From Octopus vulgaris (Eukaryota): DNA of 64,000 bases. Under the pieces are notes generated by a model. It was given only the letters and a program-made list of their open reading frames with translations. It did not search any database and was not told the DNA's origin. The stretch's first letter is position 1. The number at the start of each line of letters is the position of its first letter. The position numbers and the translations under genes are program-made. Where the stretch lies: assembly GCA_951406725.2 (NCBI GenBank), contig OX597827.1, positions 45,756,001-45,820,000 of the forward strand, written 5' to 3'. Below are positions 1-13,210 of the stretch, piece by piece.

Positions 1-66
<66 letters not shown>

Positions 67-202
67 AGATGATGATGATGATGATGATGATGACGACGAC
101 GATGGTAATGATGATGATGATGGCGATAGTGATGATGCTGATGATGATGAGGATGATGATGATGATGATGACGACGACGACGACGACGACAATGATGATG
201 AT
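1..202. repeat. (TAA)n followed by (GAT/GAC)n microsatellite
   Basis: Directly visible trinucleotide arrays. Confidence 0.95.
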
Positions 203-786
203 GCGTATTTCCTGCAAAACTGCGAAATGTTTATTCAGATATGAGTGTATATATTACGTGTATGTGTGTAAGTATGTGCGCGCGCGTCCGTGTGTGTGTG
301 TGTGTGTGTGTGCGCGCGTCCGTTCAGTATTAATGTCGGGAATAACATGAAAAATACAGGGAAGACGAACAATACTTATTTGTTTGATGCTCAATGACGA
401 TTCGAACTTAAATACTTCTTCAGAAAGATTTTAAGGACAAAGCAACAACTAGAAGCGAAGAAAAAAAATCATGATCAACAGAGATAAGAAATTTGGTTTG
501 CATGTATGTATGTATGTATGTATGTATGTATGTATGTTTATGTGTATGTACGTATACATCTATGTATGCATATGTACATGCATGTATGTATTATGTATAT
601 GTACAAGCAAGTTTGCATATATGTGTATATATTATGTAACATTATGTACTATTTGTATATTATATGTGTATGTATTATGTATGCACGTATGCATGTGTGA
701 AGAAAAGAATATATACAATACAACATAATATAAAATATTACAATATAATATATATCTATCTACATACTTGTGCGTTTATTTATATA

Positions 787-1212
787 GGCGTAGGAGTGGC
801 TATGTGGTGAGTAGCTTGCTTACGAATCACATGGTTCCGGGTTCAGTCCTACTGCGTGGCACCTTGGGCAAGTGTCTTCTACAATAGCCTCGGGCCGACC
901 AAAGCCTTGTGAGTGGATTTGGTAGACGGAAACTGAAAGAAGCCCGTCGTATATATGTGTATATATATATGTGTGTGTGTGTGTGTATACGTTTGTGTGC
1001 CTAGGTTTGCCCCCCACCCAACATCACTTGGCAACCGATGCTGGTGTGTTTACGTCCCCGTAACTTAGCAGTTCGGCAAAAGAGACCGATAGAATAAGTA
1101 CTAGCCTTACAAAGAATAAGTCCTGGGGTAGATTTGCTCGACTAAAGGCGGTGTTCCAGCATGGCCGCAGTCAAATGACTGAACAAGTAGAAGAGTAAAA
1201 GAGAGTAAAGAG
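787..1212 (+). mobile_element. tRNA-derived SINE, family A (CORE-like segment, internal TA/TG microsatellite)
   Basis: A-box/B-box-like head (gtggctatgtggt...ggttcagtcc), ccttgggcaagtgtctt segment and tail ggcggtgttccagcatggccgcagtcaaatgactgaa plus gagtaaaa repeats; many similar copies in the window. Confidence 0.9.
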
Positions 1213-1295
1213 ATACTATGTATGTGTATGCATGCATTATGTATCTATATAATTATATATATATATACGCCTGTTTGCCTGTCTACCTGTCTACT

Positions 1296-1327
<32 letters not shown>

Positions 1328-1338
1328 TGTATGCATGC

Positions 1339-1371
<33 letters not shown>

Positions 1372-1469
1372 TGTATGTATGTATGTATGTATGTGTGTAT
1401 GTATGTATGTATATCACAGAATGGACCAGGTCAGCAGATGCTGTTATTCATATATATAACAGCAGGTGC

Positions 1470-1935
1470 TGTTATTTATTGTCTTGTCTGTGCCATTCTT
1501 TTCCACCTTGACCCAAATTGCTTGGCCAAATCGTCTTCCCACCATCATGAAGGCCTTCTAAGCGGCCTTTTCCGATCTGTTGGATGCCAAACTGCACGGT
1601 CTAGTTTTTTTTTTGTGCACTTTGCGCCATGTCCGACCCAGAGGAACTTGTTCTTTCCGTTCTCTGCGATAACATTGTTCACTCTGCTCTGTACTCGTCT
1701 TATCTCATTTCAAATGTGCTCTCGTAATGATATTCGTAACATAAATCTTTCTATGGCTCTTTGCGTTGTAGCCAATCAATATTCTATCTTCTTCGTAGTT
1801 GCCCACGTTTCACCTGCGTTCAAGAGCGCAGATAGGACGGTGCTATCGAAGAGAATACATGATAATATCTAAGTTTGTTTGGAGCACATCCTTTGTTGAG
1901 TTAAATGTCTTCCTTCCTGCCCTTATTCTCTTTGA
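1470..1935 (-). mobile_element. Decayed RTE-clade LINE, C-terminal ORF fragment
   Basis: Minus-strand translation gives LFDSTVL..NAGETWATTKK..LATTQRAIERFML..FLWVGH..RKRPLRRP..WEDDL..W.RMAQ, matching the RTE C-terminal pattern (ETW, WxGH, RPxGRP, WxD) with stops. Confidence 0.75.
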
Positions 1936-2025
1936 GATTTCAGGATCCATATCTCGTAAAATGTATATATGATTATTGATAGAGTGAAAGCCACGCAGTG
2001 TCCTGTGATTTCAGCCCGGGCAAGA

Positions 2026-2077
2026 ATTTTCAGACGAATATAGATTTCAGAAAAAGTCTATCGAAATTCGATTTGAT
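2026..2077 (+). ncRNA. Possible decayed minimal hammerhead ribozyme motif
   Basis: CAGACGA (core CUGANGA with one substitution), hairpin atagattt..aaagtctat, GAAA, near-palindromic ttcgat; stem I is poor. Confidence 0.3.
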
Positions 2078-2606
2078 GGATTCGATTTGAAGGTTCTTGG
2101 AATGTATGTATATGGTGCAGAGTTTCTTCGGAGTTGCTGATTTTATTTTCATTCTTTTTAATCAGTTAAAGTAGTTGGTATTTGCGTATATGTTTCCTCT
2201 CTATCGTCCCAATCATTTTCTGTGTATGAGAGAGAGATAAAGATGTGTGATTATTAATCTGGACAACCGATAAGTTTTATTAATAAAGGAGATAGACCGC
2301 TGTTAGATCCAACTGGTTACTAACTAATAAGAATGAGAAAAAACAACTCACCCGCACCACACAACACAAACCCCATTCCTCATACAATCCAAACATACTC
2401 AGGCCAAATTCACGACCCATAAATACAAAATCCATTTCTCAAATCTCCATAATCCAAACATTCCTGTTCATGGTGAAATTAATGATCATTGTGAAAACCA
2501 TGAATCTTGCAGTTCGTATCTTTGAGGAATCTTTCGCTCAATAAAAAGTGTTGAGTTCTCTAATTCTAAAAGTGGTATTAATATGGAGTGTATCGTAATT
2601 ATTCTG

Positions 2607-3293
<687 letters not shown>

Positions 3294-3611
3294 GGAGACA
3301 AACATACACACATGTACGTTCACATAAGAATGAGAGACTGTTCTTGTGCGTCAATGCATTCATAGTACTATAGCTGTAATCTGTTGATATTTATGAAAAT
3401 ATGCACTTATATAAAATCATATTTATGCATACATACACGCAGGCACATAAATATGTGTGTATATATATTTATATATGTATATGTATGTAAGCGCATGTGC
3501 GTCTGCATGCGCGCGTGCCTACACGTGTGTATGTATACATAACTGCATGGATAAAATATGTCTGAGTATGGGTCTAGGCCGGGTGGTAGGATATGGTAAA
3601 TAAATAAAAGA

Positions 3612-3716
<105 letters not shown>

Positions 3717-3864
3717 TAAGCTTGATTGATTTTCCGGTTTTGTATAACACAGCGACATCAGCTAAACATTCCAACACATTCCAAAAATCCCAGTTTCACA
3801 TTTCTAGGATCCAAGCGGGGATTATTTTTGTTTTAAATGATATGTATATATATGTATATGTATA

Positions 3865-3906
<42 letters not shown>

Positions 3907-4015
3907 TTTACTTGGGTGAGGAAGAGGAGCGGGAAAATGAGAGGGAAAAGCATAGAAGGAAAATGAGGGAGACCGTTGGTTGATATGCTAGTCATGAATC
4001 GAGCGTGAGAAGGAA

Positions 4016-4054
<39 letters not shown>

Positions 4055-4298
4055 GAGAGATAGAGAGAGAGAGAGAAAAGAACGAGCGAAGGAGAAAGAG
4101 AGAGAGAGTGAGGGGGAGAGGTGAAAATAGTTCCTAAAATGAATTATAGTTTGATGTTTCCAGGCGGGACCTTAGGGGTTATGGGGAAAGGAATGGAGAA
4201 ATGTGTTAGTGAGTTGTATAGTAAAAATAGGGTCGCTTTGGCAGCCTACAAACAGGGATTTGTTTTCAAATGCTACTGTTGTAAGATATACCCATCTT

Positions 4299-4371
<73 letters not shown>

Positions 4372-4919
4372 AAATACATTGTATATCTAATATATGAAAT
4401 ATATATATACTTGAGTGTGTATATACATAATATATATTATACATGTGCGTGCATGCATGTGTGCGTGCGTGGATTGTAACTACATGTGAATATTCATACA
4501 CACACACACACAAATTCGCATGCTGACGCACACATAACACATGTCCACACATACGTGTGTATAATGTGTATATATATGTGTGTGTATATAGACGTATAGA
4601 TGTATGTCTAAATGCATATGTATGTATGTATATCTATATACACACTTGCACGCACGCACACACACACATATGTAGGGACAGAGGAAGAGAGTGTGTAAGA
4701 GAAGGAGAGGTACAGAATCCAGTGATGGTGATCGGATGGGGGTGGAGATGGTGATGGTGGCAGTAGGTTGTTGGGTGGTGGTGGTGGTGGTGGTGGACGG
4801 AGTGGTTATATCAGATTACAGAAAGAAAATCAGTAAATAAATACGAACGTAATTCCTTTCCCATCCCGGGATTATTTCATGCTACGTATTATAATCACCG
4901 TTATCTCTGCTATTGCTTT

Positions 4920-5795
4920 CGCCACCACCACCACCACCACCACCACCACCACCACCACTGCTGCCACCACCACAGCCGCCACCACAACCACCACCACCAC
5001 CACCAAAACTACCACTACCACTACCACCACCACCACCACCACCACCAAAACTACCACTACCACCACCGCCACCACCACCACCGCCACCACAATCACCACC
5101 ACCGCCACCACCACCACCAAAACTACCACTACCACCACCACCACCAAAACTACCACTACCATCACCACCACCACCACAACCACCGCCACCACAATCACCA
5201 CCACCGCCACCACCCACCACCACCACCACCACCACCACCACCACAACCACCACAATCACCACCACCACCACCACAGACACCACCACCGCCACCACCACTA
5301 CCACCACAGCCACCACCACCACCACAGCCACCACCACCGCCAACGTCACCGCCGCTTCACCACAAGCATCACTGCCACCGTCAACGTCACCACAAGCATC
5401 ACTAAATATTCCCATCAGAACCGGCAGCAGCAACAACAACCATATCATCAATGTAAGCACCACCACAGCAACAATATGAACATCAAACTTCCCCACCGTC
5501 ACCACTACCACCACCACCACCACCGCCATCGCCGCCACCAGTCTCATTAACACCCCCAGCACCACTATCTTCACTACCACTACCACCACCACCGCTACTA
5601 GCAAGATCACCACCGCCATATATCAACACCACCAATAACAACCTCATCACCACCGACTCCACCAATACCACCACTACCATCCCTAGCACCACCAATGTCT
5701 CCGCCACCATCACCAAATATCATCAACAAAGATCACTGCAACCTCCACCAATCCACTATCATAACATCCACAACCACCACCTTTACCACCACCAC
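4920..5795. repeat. Cryptic (CAC)n low-complexity array
   Basis: Degenerate cac/cta/caa triplets giving poly-T/P/H frames. Confidence 0.9.
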
Positions 5796-5944
5796 ATATT
5801 ATGAAAGGGAAGGGCACATTGCATAACGTAGTCCTAAAATTATATATATATATGAAGAGAAATAGATGGGATGGTCAGAACTGGATACTTTTTGATCATC
5901 AGTCAACTCAATAAGAGCTGATCGGGAGCTAAACAGCAATAGGA

Positions 5945-6328
5945 GGAAGCACTCCGTCGGTTACGACGACGAGGGTTCCGGTTGATCCGAATCAACGGAA
6001 CAGCCTGCTCGTGAAATTAACGTGTAAGTGGCTGAGCACTCCACAGACACGTGTACCCTTAACGTAGTTCTCGGGGATATTCAGCGTAACACAGAGAGTG
6101 ACAAGGCCGGCCCTTTGAAATACAGTTACAACAGAAACAGGAAGTAAGAGTGAGAGAAAGTTGTGGTGAAAGAGTACAGCAGGGATCACCACCATCCCCT
6201 GCCGGAGCCTCGTGGAGCTTTAGGTGTTTTCACTCAATAAACACTCACAACGCCCGGTCTGGGAATCGAAACCGCGATCCTACGACCGCGAGTCCGCTGC
6301 CCTAACCACTGAGCCATTGCGCCTCCAC
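5945..6328 (-). mobile_element. tRNA-derived SINE, family C, full length
   Basis: Minus-strand head gtggaggcgcaatggctcagtggttagggcagcggactcgcg...ggtttcgattccc; near-identical copies at 27067 and 46995. Confidence 0.9.
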
Positions 6329-6617
6329 AAACAGCAATAACACAAAATACGAACCAATAAAGCAGGTTCTACGTCTAAGCTCAATCTGCTACTTATAGTA
6401 GCCAAATTTAACTCAAGCACAACGGTCTTCAACCTATGGACCCCTTTGATCCGTATTTTACTTGGATGGACCCTCGCAGCCATTTCAAATTTTAAAAAAT
6501 CCTATTGTATTTTTATAATTAAGTATCATTAAGAATTAATGACTTGTAGGAACATTGTATTTAGTTATGCAACCACAATATACTACACAGTATATTAAAC
6601 GCTTTTATGAGTCAATA

Positions 6618-6893
6618 CTGTGGAGGCGCGGTTGTAGGATGGCGGTTTCGATTCCCAGACCAGGCGTTGTGAGTGTTTATTGAGCGAAAACACCTAAATC
6701 TCCACGAGGCTTCGGCAGGGGGTGGTGGGGAATCCTGCTGTACTCTTTCGCCACAACTTTCTCTCACTCTTTCTTCTGTTGACCTGCTCGCTTAGCCAAC
6801 GGGATGGCGTCATTTGAAGGCTAAAACAATGCGAAGCGCATTGTGACCAGCGATGTGTAGCAACATCTGATAGCCTGGTCAGTCACGGTGATA
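6618..6893 (+). mobile_element. Family C-head SINE with an alternative 3' tail, flanked by TSD
   Basis: Same head/body as 5945-6328 but tail ...cattgtgaccagcgatgtgtagcaacatctgatagcctggtc; direct repeat agtcaatactgtg on both sides; sister copy at 45249. Confidence 0.85.
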
Positions 6894-6959
6894 AGTCAAT
6901 ACTGTGTTCTATTTTGTTAGCAGTGCTATTACATTACTAAGATTTTGCTCCTTCATCTC

Positions 6960-7165
6960 TTCACGCCACCGATGTCATCGAAGAGAAAGGCAAAGGGGCC
7001 GATTCAGCTTGGCTCAAGTGACGTCGCAACTAATTTCTACAGCTGAGTGAACTGGAGCAACGTGAAATAAAGTGTTATGCATAACACGCAGCCCGGTCCA
7101 GGAATCGAACTTACAACCTCACGATCGTTAGCTCGACGCTCTAACCACTGAGCCATGCGCCTTCA
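6960..7165 (-). mobile_element. Degenerate tRNA-derived SINE
   Basis: Minus-strand head tgaaggcgcatggctcagtggttagagcgtcg...agttcgattcc; body gagtgaactggagcaacgtgaaataaagtg shared with 45599-45912 and 48826-49100. Confidence 0.7.
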
Positions 7166-7501
7166 TAAGTGTCCTTATACATCATTAATATTTACGTATC
7201 AGCTTCCAGGAATGTGTTTAATATGTAAAATTGGTATATCCGATAATGTTACACCGCTTTGTTTAGTGGCGATTTAAGTAGTGAGTTCATGGATGGTTAA
7301 TGGTTTAATGGGCTAATGGATGGTTAATGGGTTAGATGTGGTGCTCATGAAGGAGCAAGAACTTCTGAAGTTTGGCATATACATACATTATCCATTTTTC
7401 ACCTTCGATCTCCTTGTTGTTTACATTAGGTGTATTCGGATACGAAAGGTCGTAACAAAATCAGTGCCGGCAGTAATTTCTATAGAATTAAGAATTGTAT
7501 G

Positions 7502-8022
7502 CCGTAAATCTTCGAGTATAGTCCGCCCTTGAGTATAATACGCAGGAGATTTTTAAGTGGGTGTACCTCTGAAACATCTAAACCTTGTGTATAATACGCA
7601 CTCCTTCTCTAACTTGAGTCGTGCGTAATTAGGCCAGCAGCACCTAGTCGAACAAACACTTCCGCGCGTGCGTAATACAATAATGGTGATGTTCTTAACT
7701 GCTATATGGGAATGTAAATATGCTTGCAAATTGTTTTTGTTATATGTTATTCAGTGTTCTGCATACTTTTATTTTAATAAATGTTGCTTACTGCAAATTA
7801 TGGATTATTCTTCTATGACGTAATTGCTTTCAGGCTTAGCTTAAGGTATTTTCGCGCCCGACATCACAAAATGCGTCTGAATAAACATTGCCGGACAGCA
7901 ATTAGAGACTCGGACATTGCTTAGAAAATATTTTTCATTTTTAACCTCGTATATAGTACGCACGAGAAATTTTGACCTTTAAATTTTTGGAAAAAGTGCG
8001 GATTATACTCGAGGATTTATGG
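7502..8022. mobile_element. Non-autonomous Tc1/mariner(pogo)-type MITE
   Basis: TIRs ccgtaaatcttcgagtatagtccgc / gcggattatactcgaggatttatgg, TA on the right, internal subterminal repeats (gtataatacgca). Confidence 0.75.
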
Positions 8023-8147
8023 TAAATGTTTTGTGTATTGCAGAGGTATAACCAATTTATTGTAGATAAATTATAACAAAATCTTATATGAACTCTCAAG
8101 GGCCATATGGGCACTGGTTGCTCTAGTAGTTAGACAGTTATAGAGGT

Positions 8148-8248
8148 TATAGTAGAAGACACTTGCCTAAGGTGCCACGCAGTAGGACTGAACCTGGAAC
8201 CATGTGGTTCATAAGCAAGCTACTTACCACACAGCCACTCCTACGCCT
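8148..8248 (-). mobile_element. SINE family A 5' fragment
   Basis: Reverse complement of the head of 787-1212. Confidence 0.85.
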
Positions 8249-8648
8249 AATTTTATTTGAAAGTTTTATTTGAAAAGGAAGGTGACGACGGAGAGGGACA
8301 TATTTTCTCATTGCTCCAACGAACTTGGTGGACGATGGAAGTAGCGAACATGGCAAGAGTGAACTGGCAGACCTAGCCAATCAAAGCATATGTCTGCAAA
8401 CCAAGAGGTGACAGCTTAGATATAGCTTTTGTTCCTTCCTTCTCATCAACTGGTTATCCCAACTTATCAGAACACTGCTTTGATGGAATATATATATATT
8501 TTTTAATAATTTTACACGTTTTCATGTCCTTTATATCGTCTCCATTGTCTTTCAGCCCTGAAAGTTAATAAACAAATTGTTGTTCAGCTTTATATTTAAG
8601 AGATGAGGAATTCTGTACGTTATTTACATTATTTACATTCGACAGCAA

Positions 8649-8694
8649 GACACCTGAAGAAGGCTGGAGGGTATATCAGCGGAAACGTTGTGTT
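8649..8694 (+). ncRNA. Minimal type I hammerhead ribozyme motif in a Penelope-pLTR-like remnant (about 8583-8732)
   Basis: Stem I gacac/gtgtt, CTGAAGA, stem II gctg..cagc, GAAA, palindromic AACGTT, GUU site; flanked by inverted ttatttacattatttacatt / aatgtaaataatgtaaataa. Confidence 0.65.
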
Positions 8695-9145
8695 AACAAC
8701 AAACAAATGTAAATAATGTAAATAATGTACATATTGTTGTTGTCATCATTATTTGTTGTTGCTAATGCAGTGACAGGGCAGAATCCTTAACACGTCGGAC
8801 AAAATGCTTAGCGGCATTTCTTCCTGCTTATAGCGTTCTCATTTCAAATTCTGCCGACGTCGACGTTCATAATTTCTGGGTCGATGAAACAAGTACCAGT
8901 TGCGTACTGGGGTCGATGTAATTAACAAAGGCCTACGCTTTGTGCCAAAAAGAAAACCCATTATTACTGTTGGGCTTCTTGTTATTGTTGCCAATTAATT
9001 TGATCTTAAACTTATTGTTGTCTTCTATAAAGACAGAGAAGTAGGAACATGATAAAATCGAAATTATTATATGTAGAATGTGTGAATAATTATTTGTAAG
9101 TGTGTGTGTGTGTGTGTGTGTGTCGAAACGCGCACACTTACAAGC

Positions 9146-9176
<31 letters not shown>

Positions 9177-9536
9177 CACATACATGCATACATGCATATA
9201 TGCATATATATACATACACACACACACATGTTTGAATGCATGCATGTGTACAAATACGTTATTCATAGATATATAGGTGTATGTCTACATGCAATACATA
9301 TATACATATACACATGTGTACATATATGCATATAAATATTTGCATATGAATATGTATGCAGGTATGGATGTATTTAGATATATACACACATGTTTTAGAT
9401 ATACGTACAAACATGCATACGTACATATATATATATATATATACACATGTATATATATGCATATATATACACAGGCGTACATACACTCATACATACATAT
9501 AACATACATATACATAGATATATATATGTGTGTGTG

Positions 9537-9588
<52 letters not shown>

Positions 9589-9592
<4 letters not shown>

Positions 9593-9783
9593 GGTCCCGG
9601 GTTGATTCGGGGTTAACCACAGTAAATAAGGTACTCAATACATAGCAGAGTAAAATTAATTTATTATATAGAAGGAGCTTCTACAGGACTAGAACTGTTT
9701 CATTCAAGAGAAATCTTCAGGAGCTTCCTGAAGATTTCTCTTGAATGAAACAGTTCTAGTCCTGTAGAAGCTCCTTCTATATA

Positions 9784-9789
<6 letters not shown>
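9589..9789. mobile_element. (TA)n-embedded fold-back element containing hammerhead motif (palindrome 9659-9789)
   Basis: Perfect inverted repeat with 3-nt spacer centred at 9724; the same sequence occurs unfolded at 56907-57044. Confidence 0.85.
9720..9774 (+). ncRNA. Type I hammerhead ribozyme motif
   Basis: Stem I ggagcttc/gaagctcc, CTGAAGA, short stem II ttc-tctt-gaa (U.U at base, non-canonical), GAAA, stem III cag..ctg, GUA site. Confidence 0.6.
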
Positions 9790-9858
<69 letters not shown>

Positions 9859-9947
9859 CAAAAATGCTAGTTTTAAAATCTCTCTGCCTCCCTCTCTCCC
9901 CCTCTCTCTCTATATATATATACATATATATACATATAAACATATAA

Positions 9948-10039
<92 letters not shown>

Positions 10040-10161
10040 CAACAATCAAGGAACGGCCATAATAGGCTATTCACCCACTAGAAATAACAGCCAAAGCTTC
10101 AACCGCAAATAAAAGTTAATTCTGTAAACCAGGAGAAAATTTAAAAAACATTTACCCTGTA

Positions 10162-10268
10162 ATTTCTTATACGATATACCGTTTCATCTGCTGATTAATG
10201 GTAAACTAACCTGATTAAATTAAATCAAGCCAATCTTCCACAGGCCCTCAGATTCATCAGTAAGAAAT
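10162..10268 (-). ncRNA. Type I hammerhead ribozyme, unit 1
   Basis: Minus strand: stem I atttctta/taagaaat, CTGATGA, stem II atctg..cagat with long G.U-rich extension, GAAA, stem III cgg-tata-tcg, GUA triplet; predicted cut between 10170 and 10169. Confidence 0.85.
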
Positions 10269-10652
10269 AGCCCAAGTCGGAACAGATATTTTCACGAGGC
10301 ATTTCCGACCTTGCCAAGTTTATATCTGACCTAAAATTTTCAAATCGTCGCACTCGCGCCAAATTTATCGGCAGCAAATAAATATAAGCCGTCGATTCCA
10401 TTACGGAATTAACCAGAAAATTCATAATTAATCAATATAGGGTGGCAAAAAAATTTTGTAGAATTCTTTTGCCACCAGCGGCCTAGTAGGAAAAAATTAA
10501 ATAGTCATAGACCATTTTTAAGTTTAACATCAACAATCAAGGAACGGCCATAATAGGCTATTCACCCACTAGAAATAACAGCCAAAGCTTCAACCGCAAA
10601 TAAAAGTTAATTCTGTAAACCAGGAGAAAATTTAAAAAACATTTACCCTGTA

Positions 10653-10759
10653 ATTTCTTATACGATATACCGTTTCATCTGCTGATTAATGGTAAACTAA
10701 CCTGATTAAATTAAATCAAGCCAATCTTCCACAGGTCCTCAGATTCATCAGTAAGAAAT
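10653..10759 (-). ncRNA. Type I hammerhead ribozyme, unit 2
   Basis: Same fold as unit 1; one substitution in the stem II extension. Confidence 0.85.
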
Positions 10760-11143
10760 AGCCCAAGTCGGAACAAATATTTTCACGAGGCATTTCCGAC
10801 CTTGCCAAGTTTATATCTGACCTAAAATTTTCAAATCGTCGCACTCGCGCCAAATTTATCGGCAGCAAATAAATATAAGCCGTCGATTCCATTACGGAAT
10901 TAACCAGAAAATTCATAAATAATCAATATAGGGTGGCAAAAAAATTTTGTAGAATTCTTTTGCCACCAGCGGCCTAGTAGGAAAAAATTAAATAGTCATA
11001 GACCATTTTTAAGTTTAACATCAACAATCAAGGAACGGCCATAATAGGCTATTCACCCACTAGAAATAACAGCCAAAGCTTCAACCGCAAATAAAAGTTA
11101 ATTCTGTAAACCAGGAGAAAATTTAAAAAACATTTACCCTGTA

Positions 11144-11250
11144 ATTTCTTATACGATATACCGTTTCATCTGCTGATTAATGGTAAACTAACCTGATTAA
11201 ATTAAATCAAGCCAATCTTCCACAGGCCCTCAGATTCATCAGTAAGAAAT
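11144..11250 (-). ncRNA. Type I hammerhead ribozyme, unit 3
   Basis: Same fold as unit 1. Confidence 0.85.
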
Positions 11251-11634
11251 AGCCCAAGTCGGAACAGATATTTTCACGAGGCATTTCCGACCTTGCCAAG
11301 TTTATATCTGACCTAAAATTTTCAAATCGTCGCACTCGCGCCAAATTTATCGGCAGCAAATAAATATAAGCCGTCGATTCCATTACGGAATTAACCAGAA
11401 AATTCATAAATAATCAATATAGGGTGGCAAAAAAATTTTGTAGAATTCTTTTGCCACCAGCGGCCTAGTAGGAAAAAATTAAATAGTCATAGACCATTTT
11501 TAAGTTTAACATCAACAATCAAGGAACGGCCATAATAGGCTATTCACCCACTAGAAATAACAGCCAAAGCTTCAACCGCAAATAAAAGTTAATTCTGTAA
11601 ACCAGGAGAAAATTTAAAAAACATTTACCCTGTA

Positions 11635-11741
11635 ATTTCTTATACGATATACCGTTTCATCTGCTGATTAATGGTAAACTAACCTGATTAAATTAAATCA
11701 AGCCAATCTTCCACAGGCCCTCAGATTCATCAGTAAGAAAT
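11635..11741 (-). ncRNA. Type I hammerhead ribozyme, unit 4
   Basis: Same fold as unit 1; the fifth partial unit (12126-12198) holds only the GAAA/stem III half. Confidence 0.85.
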
Positions 11742-12502
11742 AGCCCAAGTCGGAACAGATATTTTCACGAGGCATTTCCGACCTTGCCAAGTTTATATCT
11801 GACCTAAAATTTTCAAATCGTCGCACTCGCGCCAAATTTATCGGCAGCAAATAAATATAAGCCGTCGATTCCATTACGGAATTAACCAGAAAATTCATAA
11901 TTAATCAATATAGGGTGGCAAAAAAATTTTGTAGAATTCTTTTGCCACCAGCGGCCTAGTAGGAAAAAATTAAATAGTCATAGACCATTTTTAAGTTTAA
12001 CATCAACAATCAAGGAACGGCCATAATAGGCTATTCACCCACTAGAAATAACAGCCAAAGCTTCAACCGCAAATAAAAGTTAATTCTGTAAACCAGGAGA
12101 AAATTTAAAAAACATTTACCCTGTAATTTCTTATACGATATACCGTTTCATCTGCTGATTAATGGTAAACTAACCTGATTAAATTAAATCAAGCCAATGT
12201 ATATATATGTATATATACATGGTGGGAAACTTAATTCTGAATAAAGATAATAGTGTGAATATATATATGTAAGCAGGAGAAACTAAAGAATGAAATTTAG
12301 CAAAAGAACAGATGGTTTTTAACTAAATATTAATGAAAAATCTGTATTAATAATCATGTATATTTATATATATTGGAAGTATATACTTAAAGTAAATGTA
12401 TACATACATATAGATACATAACTTACATACATATATATATGTATATGCCTATATATGATCTACATATGTGTATATACATATGTATATACGCACACATATA
12501 TT

Positions 12503-12538
<36 letters not shown>

Positions 12539-12949
12539 CATGCATATATATCTATAAAAACACTCACACATTTATATATATATATATATATATATGTATA
12601 TGTAGGTATGTATATACACATATATACATATGTCTGTCCGTGTCTGTGAATGCATATACTGCGGAAGGAGTTTATTATGATCAGTTAAGTACTAAACCAT
12701 TTAGATAACAATAACCGGATGTCGTCATTAAGCAGACCATATCTCAAATTCTGGAGCAATGGATTCAATTAAGGAGATAATTTTTAATTCGTTTTAAATA
12801 TAGTATTTGGAGGCCATAAAATTTGCAAAATGTCTATGATTATAATAAAAGAATGGGAGAAAGAGAGAAAAGAAATACAGTTATGTATGCATGTATGGAT
12901 GTATGAATGTATGTCTGTCGGCCTATCTGTCTTTATATACATATATATG

Positions 12950-13154
12950 TATTCTTTTACTTGTTTCAATCACGAGACCATGCTGGAGTACCTCCATAAA
13001 GTCTACAGGGTGTATTCCTTGTAAGCCTAGTACTTATTCTGTCGCTGTCTTTTCCCGAGCCGCTAAGAAATGGGGATATAAACAGACCAGAATCTGTTGT
13101 CAAGTGATGGTGGGGTGAGGTAGGGTGGAGGCAAACACAGACACAAAGACACAC

Positions 13155-13155
<1 letters not shown>
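12950..13155 (-). mobile_element. Degenerate SINE family A 3' half
   Basis: cttttacttgtttcaatc..ccatgctggag..ttgtaagcctagtacttattct matches the reverse complement of the family A tail. Confidence 0.7.

Positions 13156-13208
<53 letters not shown>

Positions 13209-13210
<2 letters not shown>

Larger units (their letters stand above)
10038..12198 (-). mobile_element. Tandem array of 4.4 x 491-bp units, one hammerhead per unit (non-LTR retrozyme-like or tandem pLTR)
   Basis: caacaatcaagg recurs at 10040, 10531, 11022, 11513 and 12004; only a few substitutions between units; flanked by TA-rich microsatellite. Confidence 0.9.

Noticed and set aside
4872-5716. Poly-Thr/His/Pro/Gly ORFs resembling mucin or extensin
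   Set aside because: All frames are open because of (CAC)n; no codon or splice evidence.
6250-6328. tRNA genes at SINE heads
   Set aside because: A/B boxes are present but run into SINE bodies in many copies; they are retroposon heads.
10441-10487. Hairpin ggtggcaaaa..ttttgccacc followed by CTAG as a Helitron 3' end
   Set aside because: Array ends do not coincide with it and no 5' TC terminus is evident; the hammerhead explains the unit better.
10225-11898. Repeated 66-aa ORF in the 491-bp array
   Set aside because: Non-ATG start, no recognisable domain; recurs only because the DNA repeats. Not excluded, but unsupported.
10038-12198. CRISPR array or rDNA/5S repeat
   Set aside because: No unique spacers, no cas genes, no rRNA similarity, eukaryotic context.
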